From positions 64,062 to 128,061 of the forward strand of contig CAZBEW010000002.1 of the NCBI GenBank assembly GCA_964491115.1: DNA of 64,000 bases, in the 5' to 3' direction. Source of the stretch: an uncultured Pseudomonadales bacterium. Lineage in GTDB: Bacteria; Patescibacteriota; Microgenomatia; UBA1400; PJMF01. Positions 46,605 to 56,126 of this stretch are shown in pieces (the first letter of the stretch is position 1; every line of letters begins with the position of its first letter). Below the pieces are notes generated by a model. It had not been told where the DNA came from. It did no database searches and worked only from the letters and a program-made list of their open reading frames with translations. The translations under genes and the position numbers were made by a program.

Positions 46605-47669
46605 TTAAAATTGTTCTAAAAATTCTTGATTACCCGAATAAAATAAGCGAATGTCATCGATGTTTAAATCTTGTTTAAGGGTGTAACTGCGCTCAACTCC
46701 CCAGCCAAAAGCAAAACCGCGATATTTATTGCTATCAATGCCGCCTGCTTTTAAGACATTGGGATGCACCATACCTGCCCCACCCACTTCATGCCAGCCA
46801 GACTTACAAAAACGGCAATTTATTTTGTGATTATGCTCGTCTTTAATGTAGCCGGTGCCATGGCAAATATGACAGCTAAAATCGACTTCAAAAGATGGCT
46901 CAGTAAATTTAAAATGAAATGGTCGAATGCGACTTTTGGTTTTGGGACCAAAAAATTCTTTGGCAAAATAATCGATTGTGCCTTTTAGATGTTGAATATT
47001 AATGTCTTGATCAATGACTAAACCCTCAAACTGATGAAACATTTGGGTGTGAGTATTATCACTTTGACGTCGATAACAACGACTGATATTCATCATGCGA
47101 ATTGGCAATTGACCCTTAACTCGCTCCATTTCTCTTACTTGCCCATTTGAAGTATGGGTGGTGAGCACCATTTTGCCCAATCTTGGATCAGCTTTTTGAT
47201 CGACAAAAAAAGTTTCCCATTCATCGCGGGCCGGATGATTACTTGGCATATTGAGCGCTTGAAAGACGTAATAATCCCAATCCACTTCTGGATGACTAAC
47301 TCGAACAAAACCAATTCTTTCAAAAATTTGGCTAATTTCTTCAATTGCTTGGGAAACTGGATGTAAATGACCGACCTTGGTCTTAATTCCAGGCATACTC
47401 AAATCTTGATGAACTTGGTTTGTAAAATCTGGCTTTTGATAATCTGCCAGTTTTGATTCGAGTTTATTTTTTAATTGATTAAGCTCTCTGCCAAAATCTT
47501 TTTTTTCTTCTTTTGTTAAAACTTTAATTTGCGCAGCCAGTTGATTAAATAAGCCTTTTTTACCCAAATATTTAACTGCTAATTGTTGAGCATTTTGTTG
47601 ATTAATTTCTTGGAGAAATTGCTCAAACAAATCTTGACTTTGTGCCACTAAGTTTTGGTAAGCAGACAT
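46605..47669 (-). CDS. pheS: Phenylalanine--tRNA ligase alpha subunit
   Basis: HPARD, FHQFEG, FTEPSFE, GAGMVHP, GFAFGWGVER. Confidence 0.98.
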   Translation of the reverse strand: MSAYQNLVAQSQDLFEQFLQEINQQNAQQLAVKYLGKKGLFNQLAAQIKVLTKEEKKDFGRELNQLKNKLESKLADYQKPDFTNQVHQDLSMPGIKTKVGHLHPVSQAIEEISQIFERIGFVRVSHPEVDWDYYVFQALNMPSNHPARDEWETFFVDQKADPRLGKMVLTTHTSNGQVREMERVKGQLPIRMMNISRCYRRQSDNTHTQMFHQFEGLVIDQDINIQHLKGTIDYFAKEFFGPKTKSRIRPFHFKFTEPSFEVDFSCHICHGTGYIKDEHNHKINCRFCKSGWHEVGGAGMVHPNVLKAGGIDSNKYRGFAFGWGVERSYTLKQDLNIDDIRLFYSGNQEFLEQF

Positions 47670-47744
47670 GTTTAATTTTCTTTCTAATCTTTCTTCTTAG
47701 TATTTTAGCAGTTTTTTTAGCTTTTTTCTCTTATTGTTAATTCT

Positions 47745-47774
47745 AAAAACCCCGCTTTGTAGCGGGGTTTTTTT
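47745..47774 (-). terminator. Intrinsic terminator (attenuator) upstream of pheS
   Basis: Minus strand CCCCGCU-ACAA-AGCGGGG-UUUUU. Confidence 0.88.
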
Positions 47775-47791
47775 ACAAAATTGTAAAAACA

Positions 47792-47860
47792 CTACCCCAC
47801 TCTCAAGCTAAAAAACTGTTGAGTAAAATAGTGTTGTTTGCTTGAGTTTGATAAATTCAT
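47792..47860 (-). CDS. Putative pheST leader peptide (PheM-like), 22 aa
   Basis: MNLSNSSKQHYFTQQFFSLRVG*; three UUU codons; overlaps alternative helices before the terminator. Confidence 0.75.
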   Translation of the reverse strand: MNLSNSSKQHYFTQQFFSLRVG

Positions 47861-47876
47861 GCTAACTTTGCTAATT

Positions 47877-48230
47877 TTATTTTTGTGCTTTAACCACAAT
47901 TTCTTTGAAAGTGTCAAAGTCGCTAACAGCTAATTCACTCAAAACTTTACGATTAAGAGCAATGTCAGCTTTTTTTAGATTATTAATAAATCGTGAATAA
48001 TTAAATTGTTGATTGATTTGGTGCAAACCAGCATTAATCCGCATAATCCACAGCTTACGCATGTCTCGTTTACGTAATTTACGACCGATATAGGCGTATT
48101 GACCAGAGTGAAGTAAAGCTTCTTTGGCTCTTTTGTACAAACGACTATTAGCTCCACGAAAACCCTTGGTTAACTTTAACACTTTTTTATGGCGACGATG
48201 TCTAACAGTACCAGTTTTTGTTCTTGACAT
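47877..48230 (-). CDS. rplT: 50S ribosomal protein L20
   Basis: KGFRG, RKLWIMRINA, YSRFI, LNRKVLSELAV. Confidence 0.98.
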   Translation of the reverse strand: MSRTKTGTVRHRRHKKVLKLTKGFRGANSRLYKRAKEALLHSGQYAYIGRKLRKRDMRKLWIMRINAGLHQINQQFNYSRFINNLKKADIALNRKVLSELAVSDFDTFKEIVVKAQK

Positions 48231-48256
48231 AATAACTTTCTGACAAATTAATTAAG

Positions 48257-48460
48257 TTAATTAAGACCGAGCATCCTTTTAATTTTTAATGCGTAAGGGC
48301 CCTTAACTTCAACGGGGATACGATAACTGCGGATAGCTTTTTTACTTTTGTTTCTACGTAAATGACGACGATTTTGAATACGTCGCATCACTTTTCCAGT
48401 GCCGGTAATATGAAAACGACGGGCCACGCCTTTTCTAGTTTTAACTTTAATTTTTTTCAT
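48257..48460 (-). CDS. rpmI: 50S ribosomal protein L35
   Basis: KTRKGVARRFHITGTGK; between infC and rplT. Confidence 0.95.
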   Translation of the reverse strand: MKKIKVKTRKGVARRFHITGTGKVMRRIQNRRHLRRNKSKKAIRSYRIPVEVKGPYALKIKRMLGLN

Positions 48461-49025
48461 GACTATCCTTGTTTTTGTTTTCTTTGCCCAGTGGCGCTAA
48501 TTGAGCTTGTAGCTTTTTGCCAATCAGGCGAGGCTCAATTTCGAGTTTTGCTAAATCTTGACAATCTTCAACGATTCTCGCAAAAACTTCATAACCGGTT
48601 TTTTTATGAGTGATTTGTCGACCTTTAAAGAAAAGAGTAATTTTTACCTTGTGACCCTTGGTCAAAAATTCTCTTAACTGTTTTAATCTGGTTTGATAAT
48701 CACCCTCACCGATTACTGGTGAGAAACGCAATTCTTTTAGATCTTGAATTTTCGATTTTTTACGATTATCAGCTTCTTTCTTTTTTAACTGATACTTGTA
48801 TTTCGACAATTCAATAATCTTGACAATGGGCGGTTGAGATTTTTCAGTAACTAATACCAAATCTTTACCTTCGTCCATGGCTCTCACAAAAGCCTCTCTA
48901 GACGACATGATACCCATCATCTCACCATGTTCTGTTAAAACGCGCACCTCTGGAAAACGAATGTTAGCATTCGCTTTCACAAATAAGTTATCTTTTATAT
49001 GTTTGTTATATTTTTTTCTAATCAC
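48447..49025 (-). CDS. infC: Translation initiation factor IF-3 (non-ATG start: GTG 49025 or ATT 49022)
   Basis: IRFPEVRV, DLVLV...PPIVKI, KELRF, GHKVK, FKGRQ. Confidence 0.96.
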   Translation of the reverse strand: MIRKKYNKHIKDNLFVKANANIRFPEVRVLTEHGEMMGIMSSREAFVRAMDEGKDLVLVTEKSQPPIVKIIELSKYKYQLKKKEADNRKKSKIQDLKELRFSPVIGEGDYQTRLKQLREFLTKGHKVKITLFFKGRQITHKKTGYEVFARIVEDCQDLAKLEIEPRLIGKKLQAQLAPLGKENKNKDSHEKN

Positions 49026-49203
49026 CTGAGGTTAAGAATTATACTATAAATTAAACAAAAAACTAGTAAGCAATCTCTGGCAGAGATTAGCAGTACTTGG
49101 TCTTCTCTAAATTTCCTTAATGATTATAGCATGAATTTTTTAGCAAAAAAAACAGATTGATTTGCCTACTATCATCAAGTATAATGCAATTTGCTTCATG
49201 ATC

Positions 49204-49277
49204 GAGCTTGTAGCTCAGTTGGTTAGAGCGCTTCGTTGACATCGAAGAGGTCAGAGGTTCGAGTCCTCTCAAGCTCA
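49204..49277 (+). tRNA. tRNA-Val(GAC)
   Basis: Acceptor GAGCTTG/CAAGCTC; anticodon arm CTTCG-TTGACAT-CGAAG; GGTTCGAGTCC; CCA not encoded. Confidence 0.96.
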
Positions 49278-49329
49278 CTTTTTAGTATTTTCAGTATTGA
49301 TAACTAGTCTGCCCTAGTAAGATGAGCTG

Positions 49330-49905
49330 ATGAGTGATGAAAAGATCAAACAAAAACAATTAGCTGTGCCAGCTAATTATTATTTTTTTGGTGATCCTGG
49401 TCGCGTTATTGATCGAGTCAACAACTTCCTGCAATTAGATAATGCGGATAGTACAGCAGATCAACGCTTAGCATTGGCCGCAGAAGTGCTGAATTTTTGT
49501 CCAGTGCCTTTTTTAGATGAATTAATTACCGCTCTTGATTTACAAACAAGAGAAAATTTCCTTAATTTAAGAAACAAAGCCAGTAAGAATGAAATAAATC
49601 TTAGGCATGAATATTATTTGAGTAAAGAAGAAGCAAACCAAGTTTCCGCTTTGGCACTACACTTATTAAGTGAAAAAATTATCAATAGTGAGGCTGAGGA
49701 AATTTTACCCATTCTGCGTTTTGTACAACAATACATCAAGGCGCAAGGTAAACTCCAGGAATTAACCAATTCAAATATTGATCAATTAAGTGCTGAAATC
49801 AGGCGATTGTCAGAGGAAATTGAAGAGGAAAAATCATCACTGGCGCAAGATCAAGCAAGCTTAGCTAGTGATTTTGCTTTGAAATTAAGTCAAGGGAATA
49901 TTTAG
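49330..49905 (+). CDS. Hypothetical helical protein with C-terminal coiled coil
   Basis: 191-aa ORF filling the gap; no recognised motif. Confidence 0.65.
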   Translation: MSDEKIKQKQLAVPANYYFFGDPGRVIDRVNNFLQLDNADSTADQRLALAAEVLNFCPVPFLDELITALDLQTRENFLNLRNKASKNEINLRHEYYLSKEEANQVSALALHLLSEKIINSEAEEILPILRFVQQYIKAQGKLQELTNSNIDQLSAEIRRLSEEIEEEKSSLAQDQASLASDFALKLSQGNI

Positions 49906-50555
49906 CCGGCCGCGTTCGCGCCAAAATTTCTTTCACTATTCATGGCGTCATGAACACCTTTACTGCTTTTAAGGCTGAAAGCTGTACCTCGACCCTTTTT
50001 ACCCTTGCCAGCTACTTGATTCATCCAAGTCCGAGCGCTATTAACTTGTTCACGCAACAACATAATCCACTCGCGAAGTTTGTGAAAAAAATTAAAAAAG
50101 CCGATGCCGGTGGTACCAGGATCAACCACTTCTTGACTGAGAGCAAGATCGATGTCTTTATCTAGGTTGTTAATATCTTCAGCCAACATTTTTAATTCTT
50201 TTCTAGTTTCTTCTAGTTCTTTAATATTTTGCTCAGCCTGAGCGGCAAAAATCTCATGAGTTTCAACTGGATTGATGCGATCGTGCAATCTTTGGCGCAG
50301 CGCTTCTTTTTTTTGTTGTTGAACAAGCTCACTGCTCTGAATTCTTCGCTCATTATTATCTAGTGAAGAAAATATGTCTCCCCCACTTTGACTCAAGGCA
50401 CGCGCAAAAGCATCTAGCTGATCATGTTCACCATCGCTTGAGGGAACATAAGAATTAGCGTTTTTTTCGCTCTCTAAAAGAGCTCTGGCCAAATTTTGAT
50501 TTTGCCCAGCACTATTCCTCGCCGATGATTTATTATTTTGATTCAAGTTATTCAT
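49902..50555 (-). CDS. Coiled-coil protein, DUF5660-like (recalled family, unverified)
   Basis: Coiled coil then PG..G...FF.KL...W..KGKK. Confidence 0.65.
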   Translation of the reverse strand: MNNLNQNNKSSARNSAGQNQNLARALLESEKNANSYVPSSDGEHDQLDAFARALSQSGGDIFSSLDNNERRIQSSELVQQQKKEALRQRLHDRINPVETHEIFAAQAEQNIKELEETRKELKMLAEDINNLDKDIDLALSQEVVDPGTTGIGFFNFFHKLREWIMLLREQVNSARTWMNQVAGKGKKGRGTAFSLKSSKGVHDAMNSERNFGANAAG

Positions 50556-50680
50556 GATTGTAACGTGTTTAGCGAAAAGAACAATAAATACTAAAAGTAC
50601 TTATTAGATCAACTATATATTATAGGATCAAAATAGTACAAAGTCAAGTTTGTCCTCTGGAATCAGTAAAAATTAAGTGT

Positions 50681-51787
50681 TTAATCTTCTAATAAGCTAT
50701 TAATAGTTTGTTGACGCAATAATTGAGCCTTAAAACTATCAAGATAATGCTCATGTGCTGAAATTTGTTCGCGAAGTTTTTCGTCTTGAATATCAGCCAA
50801 GGCTTTTTGCAGATCTCGATCACTCACTTTTAACTGACGTTCCCTGGCAATTGCCGCTAAAACAAAATCAATTTGTAAGCGATTTAAGACTGTGCCAGCC
50901 AACTCATTGCTTAGTTCTTCTATGCTAAGCTGTCGCTGGGCTAAATATTTTTCAAGACTTAATTGATAGGCATCTAACTGTTCTCTGAATCTTTCAAATT
51001 CTGCTTGAGTTTCACGACGTAGTAAAAGCTCGCCAATACTTGGACGAATATTAATCACTAATTCTCGCAGAATGTGTTGGTAATAAATTTCCTTTTCTTG
51101 ATCTGGAGAGAGTTTTTCTGGAGCTTGTTTATTAGCCTCTGGCTCAGCTGAGGGAGTTTCTCCTGCATCTTTATTTTCTGCTTGCTCTGCTGTTTTTTTA
51201 GCTTTTGCCTCTGCTTGTTTGCTTTTTACCTCTGGTTTAGTTTCATTGTGTTTTTTGATAAATTCAGCAGCCGCTTTTTTAGCAGTTTTAATGTGCTTGT
51301 CATAATCTTTGAGATCAATTTGTGGAGCTTCACAAAAGTAAGCATCTATTACCCAATCTTCACCTTTTTTCAGTGACACCAAGTGATATTCTGGAGCAGT
51401 AATGGCTTGTTTTTTCTTTTCTTTTAAAGCTTCAATGTATTTGTTGGGTAAAATATCTTTGAGAATAATTTCTGCTGCTTTTTCTAAAGAAATTTGCTTT
51501 TCTGCGATAGCTAAAGGCACTTTTCCCTGGCGAAAGCCTTCAACTTTCATCTTTTTTGCTAGATCGCGAATGGTTTTTTGATAGGGCTGTTCAATTTCAG
51601 ACCAAGCAATATTAATTCGCAATTGATCATTAGGACTAATTAAAGAGGGTTTTTTTGCTTCTTTAGAGTTGGCACTAGCCTGCTCTTTTTTGCTTGTGCT
51701 GGCCTGTTTTTTGCTTGCATCAGCCTGTGATTTTTTTGCTTCTTTAGGGTTTACACTAGCTTGTTGTGCTTTTTTCGTTTTTGTCAT
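50681..51787 (-). CDS. tig: Trigger factor lacking the FKBP PPIase domain (start likely 51787)
   Basis: VEGFRQGKVP; C-domain IARERQLKVS; TATAAT 8 nt before ATG 51787. Confidence 0.88.
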   Translation of the reverse strand: MTKTKKAQQASVNPKEAKKSQADASKKQASTSKKEQASANSKEAKKPSLISPNDQLRINIAWSEIEQPYQKTIRDLAKKMKVEGFRQGKVPLAIAEKQISLEKAAEIILKDILPNKYIEALKEKKKQAITAPEYHLVSLKKGEDWVIDAYFCEAPQIDLKDYDKHIKTAKKAAAEFIKKHNETKPEVKSKQAEAKAKKTAEQAENKDAGETPSAEPEANKQAPEKLSPDQEKEIYYQHILRELVINIRPSIGELLLRRETQAEFERFREQLDAYQLSLEKYLAQRQLSIEELSNELAGTVLNRLQIDFVLAAIARERQLKVSDRDLQKALADIQDEKLREQISAHEHYLDSFKAQLLRQQTINSLLED

Positions 51788-51862
51788 AAGCAAGCATTAT
51801 ACCTCATGATTTACCAGCTGGTTAGAGGGCTTGAAAAAGCTAGTCAAATTCGTGCTGCTTAA

Positions 51863-52912
51863 TTAAATTTTGCTTAATTGCTCCATTAAGCGACAGGTGT
51901 AGCCCCACTCATTATCGTACCAGGCGATTACCTTTAATAAATTGCCATCAATTAATTGTAAAAGTGGCAAATCTACCACCGCACTGTATTCACAAGCGAT
52001 AAAATCACTAGATACCAGCGGTTCCTCGCTCACTGCGACAATTCCTTGATATTTGCCCTGAGCGGCTTCAATAAAAGTTTGTTTAATATCTTCTAACTTA
52101 CTGTCTTTACTTAACACAAAAGTGATGTCAGAAATAGAGACAGTTGGAGTAGGTACCCGAATAGCTAGGCCGTCGAATTTACTCTTGAGGCTGGGGATAA
52201 TGTCAGCTGTGGCTTTGGCTGCTCCAGTCGAGGTTGGCACCAAATTAAGTGCTGCTGATCGAGCACGACGCAAATCTTTGTGGTGAGAATTGTCGTGCAA
52301 GTTTTGATCGCTGGTAAAAGAGTGAATAGTAGTTAAAATAGCTTTTTCGATGCCGAAATTATCTTGAATAATTTGTACAACTGGCGCGACACAATTGGTG
52401 GTACAAGAAGCGTTCGAAAAAATATTTTTACTTTGATCAATTTCATTGACGCCAATAACACCAGTGCTGATTAAATTATCTGGATCTTCTTTGCCTGGCG
52501 CAGAGAGTAAGACTTTTTTGGCACCAGCTTGCAAATGGAGAGCCGCTTTTTTAGCTTTTTCAAAAGCGCCGGTTGATTCTAAGACACTGTAGACTTCATA
52601 TTTTTCCCAGGGGATTTTAGCTGGATCACGTTCGGCAGTCACTAAAATTCTATGTTCGCCAACAATTAAATAACCAAGCTCAATTTCGCCATCAGCTAAG
52701 TCTTTAACTTTTTTTAACTCTTCAAAGCTAATTACTTCATTGAAGGTGCCATAAATACTGTCATATTTTAATAATTTAGCCCAGCCCTCCAAATCCATTG
52801 ATCCAGAAGTATTGATGACTTTGAGGTCTAAAACTTGACGATGTTTTGTAAACCATATTCTAAAAGCAAGACGACCAATTCGACCAAGGCCATTAATGGC
52901 AAAATTTTTCAT
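51863..52912 (-). CDS. gap: Type I glyceraldehyde-3-phosphate dehydrogenase
   Basis: AINGLGRIGR, SNASCTTNC, STGAAKA, WYDNEWGY. Confidence 0.98.
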   Translation of the reverse strand: MKNFAINGLGRIGRLAFRIWFTKHRQVLDLKVINTSGSMDLEGWAKLLKYDSIYGTFNEVISFEELKKVKDLADGEIELGYLIVGEHRILVTAERDPAKIPWEKYEVYSVLESTGAFEKAKKAALHLQAGAKKVLLSAPGKEDPDNLISTGVIGVNEIDQSKNIFSNASCTTNCVAPVVQIIQDNFGIEKAILTTIHSFTSDQNLHDNSHHKDLRRARSAALNLVPTSTGAAKATADIIPSLKSKFDGLAIRVPTPTVSISDITFVLSKDSKLEDIKQTFIEAAQGKYQGIVAVSEEPLVSSDFIACEYSAVVDLPLLQLIDGNLLKVIAWYDNEWGYTCRLMEQLSKI

Positions 52913-52932
52913 AGGCAGGCTCCTTATTCTTC

Positions 52933-53979
52933 TTATATTTTAGTAAATTTTTTCTTTAAGCGCAAGAATTTCCAGCGCAAAGCATCTCCTAAAGTGTACA
53001 ATTTATACATTGGATATTGATATACCAAATCATAAGTGCCAATGCTTTCAACTAATTGGCCACCGTAGCTACGCTTAAAACGATGAAAACCAAACCAGGG
53101 GTCTTTGGGATCTGGATTCGGTCCAAGTGCTCCCCACATATCAAAAAGTTGGCAATTATGTTTTTTGCCAAAGCGAATGGCTTCCCACATCATCAAATTA
53201 CTAGCCATCACTTCACGATGGCTACTACTTGAAGCGCCATAAGGATAATAAAGAACATTATTAAAAACGAAGACAATCCACACCACCAAGACTTGATTGT
53301 CATAGCTGGCTTTTAAAATATGCATGATGCCGCTATCTTTAAAAATTTGCCACATTTTGCGAAAATATTCTGGTGAATGGGCATAAAAAGCTTGTCTTTT
53401 GGTGGTCTCTTCTAGAATTTTAATGTAATCTTCCAAACCTTGTTCGCTGCTGTCTTCAACGACCTTCACTCCTTTTTTCATAGCCAAACGCGTGTTGTAA
53501 CGAGTTTTACTAGTCATTTTGTTCATTAACTCTTCTTCAGAAAGATTTAGATTTAAATGAAAGGTGAAAGGAGTAAATAAAGAACGCCCCTCCTCTATTT
53601 GATATTTTTTGAGAAATTTAACGCTAGGATGGTCGTCGTGTAGCTGATCTAAATCTTTAAGAACGGCTGGTTCTAATTTAATACAAATAGCCCGATGCTT
53701 TTCAGCCAATTGCTGCAAAGTACTCATTTGTTCTTCGTTTGGTGTTAAACCCTTGGGGAAATAACCAATGGTGTAATTAACAAAAGGCAATTTATGGAAG
53801 GTGACCGTCATCGCTTTTTGCAGTTTTCCTCCATCAAAGAAGCCAATGCGTTCCACCTCTAAACCGGTTTTTTTACGAAATTCTCCCCACTCATAGGATT
53901 GAATTGGGTGGTCAACCACACGGTTATAAATGTCTTTTTCTTCTGGTCTAATATTTCTGATTAACATATTTGTAGTCAT
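52933..53979 (-). CDS. FemABX-family peptidoglycan aminoacyltransferase
   Basis: QSYEWGEFR, KTRYNTRLA, YPYGAS, FDMWG, GFHRFK. Confidence 0.93.
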   Translation of the reverse strand: MTTNMLIRNIRPEEKDIYNRVVDHPIQSYEWGEFRKKTGLEVERIGFFDGGKLQKAMTVTFHKLPFVNYTIGYFPKGLTPNEEQMSTLQQLAEKHRAICIKLEPAVLKDLDQLHDDHPSVKFLKKYQIEEGRSLFTPFTFHLNLNLSEEELMNKMTSKTRYNTRLAMKKGVKVVEDSSEQGLEDYIKILEETTKRQAFYAHSPEYFRKMWQIFKDSGIMHILKASYDNQVLVVWIVFVFNNVLYYPYGASSSSHREVMASNLMMWEAIRFGKKHNCQLFDMWGALGPNPDPKDPWFGFHRFKRSYGGQLVESIGTYDLVYQYPMYKLYTLGDALRWKFLRLKKKFTKI

Positions 53980-54017
53980 TGATTATAGGAGAAAAAAGCT
54001 CGCTTGTCAGTAGGGCT

Positions 54018-56009
54018 TCAATCATTGATAAAATCTTTGATGTCTATTTCATCATTTAACAAGGCGTCTAACTGTTCTTCATCAATAATTAAGCGTCTTT
54101 TAGTATTTTTTATTACTGTAACTTTTTGTCGACGCTTTTTATAAGCATAATAATTTCCAGTTTGCATATCCTCATCAAAATGATGATGAACGCTTAACAA
54201 GCTGGTGTTAATTTCTCCAAGAAAACGACTGGGCAGATTTTGCTGGGCTCCGCCAAATTGATAACGATTACGAGCATAGCTAAAAATTAGTTGTTTTTTG
54301 GCACGGGTGATACCGACATAGCACAGTCGACGTTCTTCCTCTAGCTCTTCTTCATTAAGCATAGATCGACTGTGCGGCAACAAACCCTCTTCCATTCCGA
54401 CCATAAAAACAGTGTCAAATTCTAAACCTTTAGCCGAATGCAAACTCATCAGTTTAATGCCTTCGTAGTGTTGCTGATTTTGTTTTTCAGGTAGATAACC
54501 ATCTTGAACTAAAGCGACGTTTTCTAGAAAGACTTGACTATCCTCAAATAAACTAGCTACATTGAGCAATTCATCAATATTGTCTAAACGGCTGAGGTCA
54601 TCGGGGTTTTTTTTATCAAATTTATTGGTGTATTCGCTTACTTTAATGATTTCTTGCAAAGCTAAACTAGGATTATTTAAAATATTTTGCTCAGCTTTAA
54701 GCAACCACTCTTGAAAACGCATAAAGCGTCTTTTACCGAGCTTAATGACGCGATTCAAGCTTGGGCTATCAAGTTCGTTAAAACATAGGCGTAAATAGGC
54801 CAATAAATCTTTAATTTCTTTGCGTTGATAAAATTTTGTCCCACCAATAATTTGGTAAGGCAGTTGGTGACGAATTAAAGCTTCCTCCAGGGCTCGAGAC
54901 TGAGCATTAGTGCGATATAAAACCGCAATTTGATCTAAAGAATCAATAAATTCTTGCTTAATCAATTTGACGATTGTTTCAGCTTCTAATTCACCATTAC
55001 TGAGTTCGTGAACCTGGATTTTGTGTTCTTGATTTGTGTTGTTGGTCCATAATTTTAAAATTGGGTGTAGTTGGTTTTGTTGAATCAGCTGCGTGGCTGC
55101 ATCTAGAATATTCTGGGTGGAACGATAATTTTGCTCCAAATGATATTCTTTCAATTGAGGGAAATCGTTTTTTAATTGTTTTAGATTGCGATAATCCGCT
55201 CCGCGCCAAGCATAAATACTTTGTGAAAAATCCCCGACCGCAAATAATTCATTTTGTGGCTGAGCTAAAATTTTACTCAACAAATATTGGACTTTATTGC
55301 TGTCTTGAAATTCATCAATCAAAATGTATTTAAACTGAGTTTGGTAGTAGTGACGGACTGCCTCATTTTCCATTAATAATCGATAAGGCAGAATTAATAA
55401 ATCATCAAAATCTAGGGCATTTTCTTGTTGCAGCCGCCGTTCATAGCTTTGATAAAGTTTGGCAATCGTCTCATTAAAATCATTGTTGACGCCATCAAGA
55501 TACTCACTTGGACTCAGCAATTGATTTTTAATTTTACTGATTAGTGCCTGAACCAATGAAATTTTATATTTTTCTTGATCAAGATTTTTTTCTTTTAAAA
55601 TATTTTTTAATACCTGGAGTTGATCTTGATCGTCATAAATGGTGAATTGATTGCTAAAAACTCTTTTATTAATTTGTAACACCTGATTATTCTGGAGAGC
55701 TCGCTTAGTTTCTAAGCGTAATATTTTTGCTCCTAAACTATGAAATGTTCCAGAATAGCTTAGTTCCTGGCCACTGTATTCTAAAACTCGCCTTTTCATC
55801 TCGTTGGCAGCCTTGTTGGTGAAAGTTAGTAGCAACAGCTCATTGGCTTGAGCTAATCCTTCTTTAATCAGATAAACAGCCCGACTAGTTAAGACTCGAG
55901 TTTTGCCACTGCCAGCCCCTGCCAAAACAAGCGCAGGCCCAGTGCTGTGTAATACTGCTTGGCGTTGCTCATTATTTAGTTGGTCTAAGATCTCCTGACT
56001 CTCAAACAT
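54018..56009 (-). CDS. pcrA: PcrA/UvrD helicase (start likely ATG 56009)
   Basis: AGAGSGKT, TFTNKAA, IDEFQD, QNYRST, HSAKGLEF, EERRLCYVGITRA. Confidence 0.95.
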   Translation of the reverse strand: MFESQEILDQLNNEQRQAVLHSTGPALVLAGAGSGKTRVLTSRAVYLIKEGLAQANELLLLTFTNKAANEMKRRVLEYSGQELSYSGTFHSLGAKILRLETKRALQNNQVLQINKRVFSNQFTIYDDQDQLQVLKNILKEKNLDQEKYKISLVQALISKIKNQLLSPSEYLDGVNNDFNETIAKLYQSYERRLQQENALDFDDLLILPYRLLMENEAVRHYYQTQFKYILIDEFQDSNKVQYLLSKILAQPQNELFAVGDFSQSIYAWRGADYRNLKQLKNDFPQLKEYHLEQNYRSTQNILDAATQLIQQNQLHPILKLWTNNTNQEHKIQVHELSNGELEAETIVKLIKQEFIDSLDQIAVLYRTNAQSRALEEALIRHQLPYQIIGGTKFYQRKEIKDLLAYLRLCFNELDSPSLNRVIKLGKRRFMRFQEWLLKAEQNILNNPSLALQEIIKVSEYTNKFDKKNPDDLSRLDNIDELLNVASLFEDSQVFLENVALVQDGYLPEKQNQQHYEGIKLMSLHSAKGLEFDTVFMVGMEEGLLPHSRSMLNEEELEEERRLCYVGITRAKKQLIFSYARNRYQFGGAQQNLPSRFLGEINTSLLSVHHHFDEDMQTGNYYAYKKRRQKVTVIKNTKRRLIIDEEQLDALLNDEIDIKDFIND

Positions 56010-56126
56010 AGACTTCATCGTAACACAAAATTGCTGGTTTTTAATAAATGGCAAATTGCTTTAAAGGGCAAAATGCTTCAAATGGCAAAAATTGCTTTGT
56101 GATCTGCTTTTGGCTAAAATAAAATT

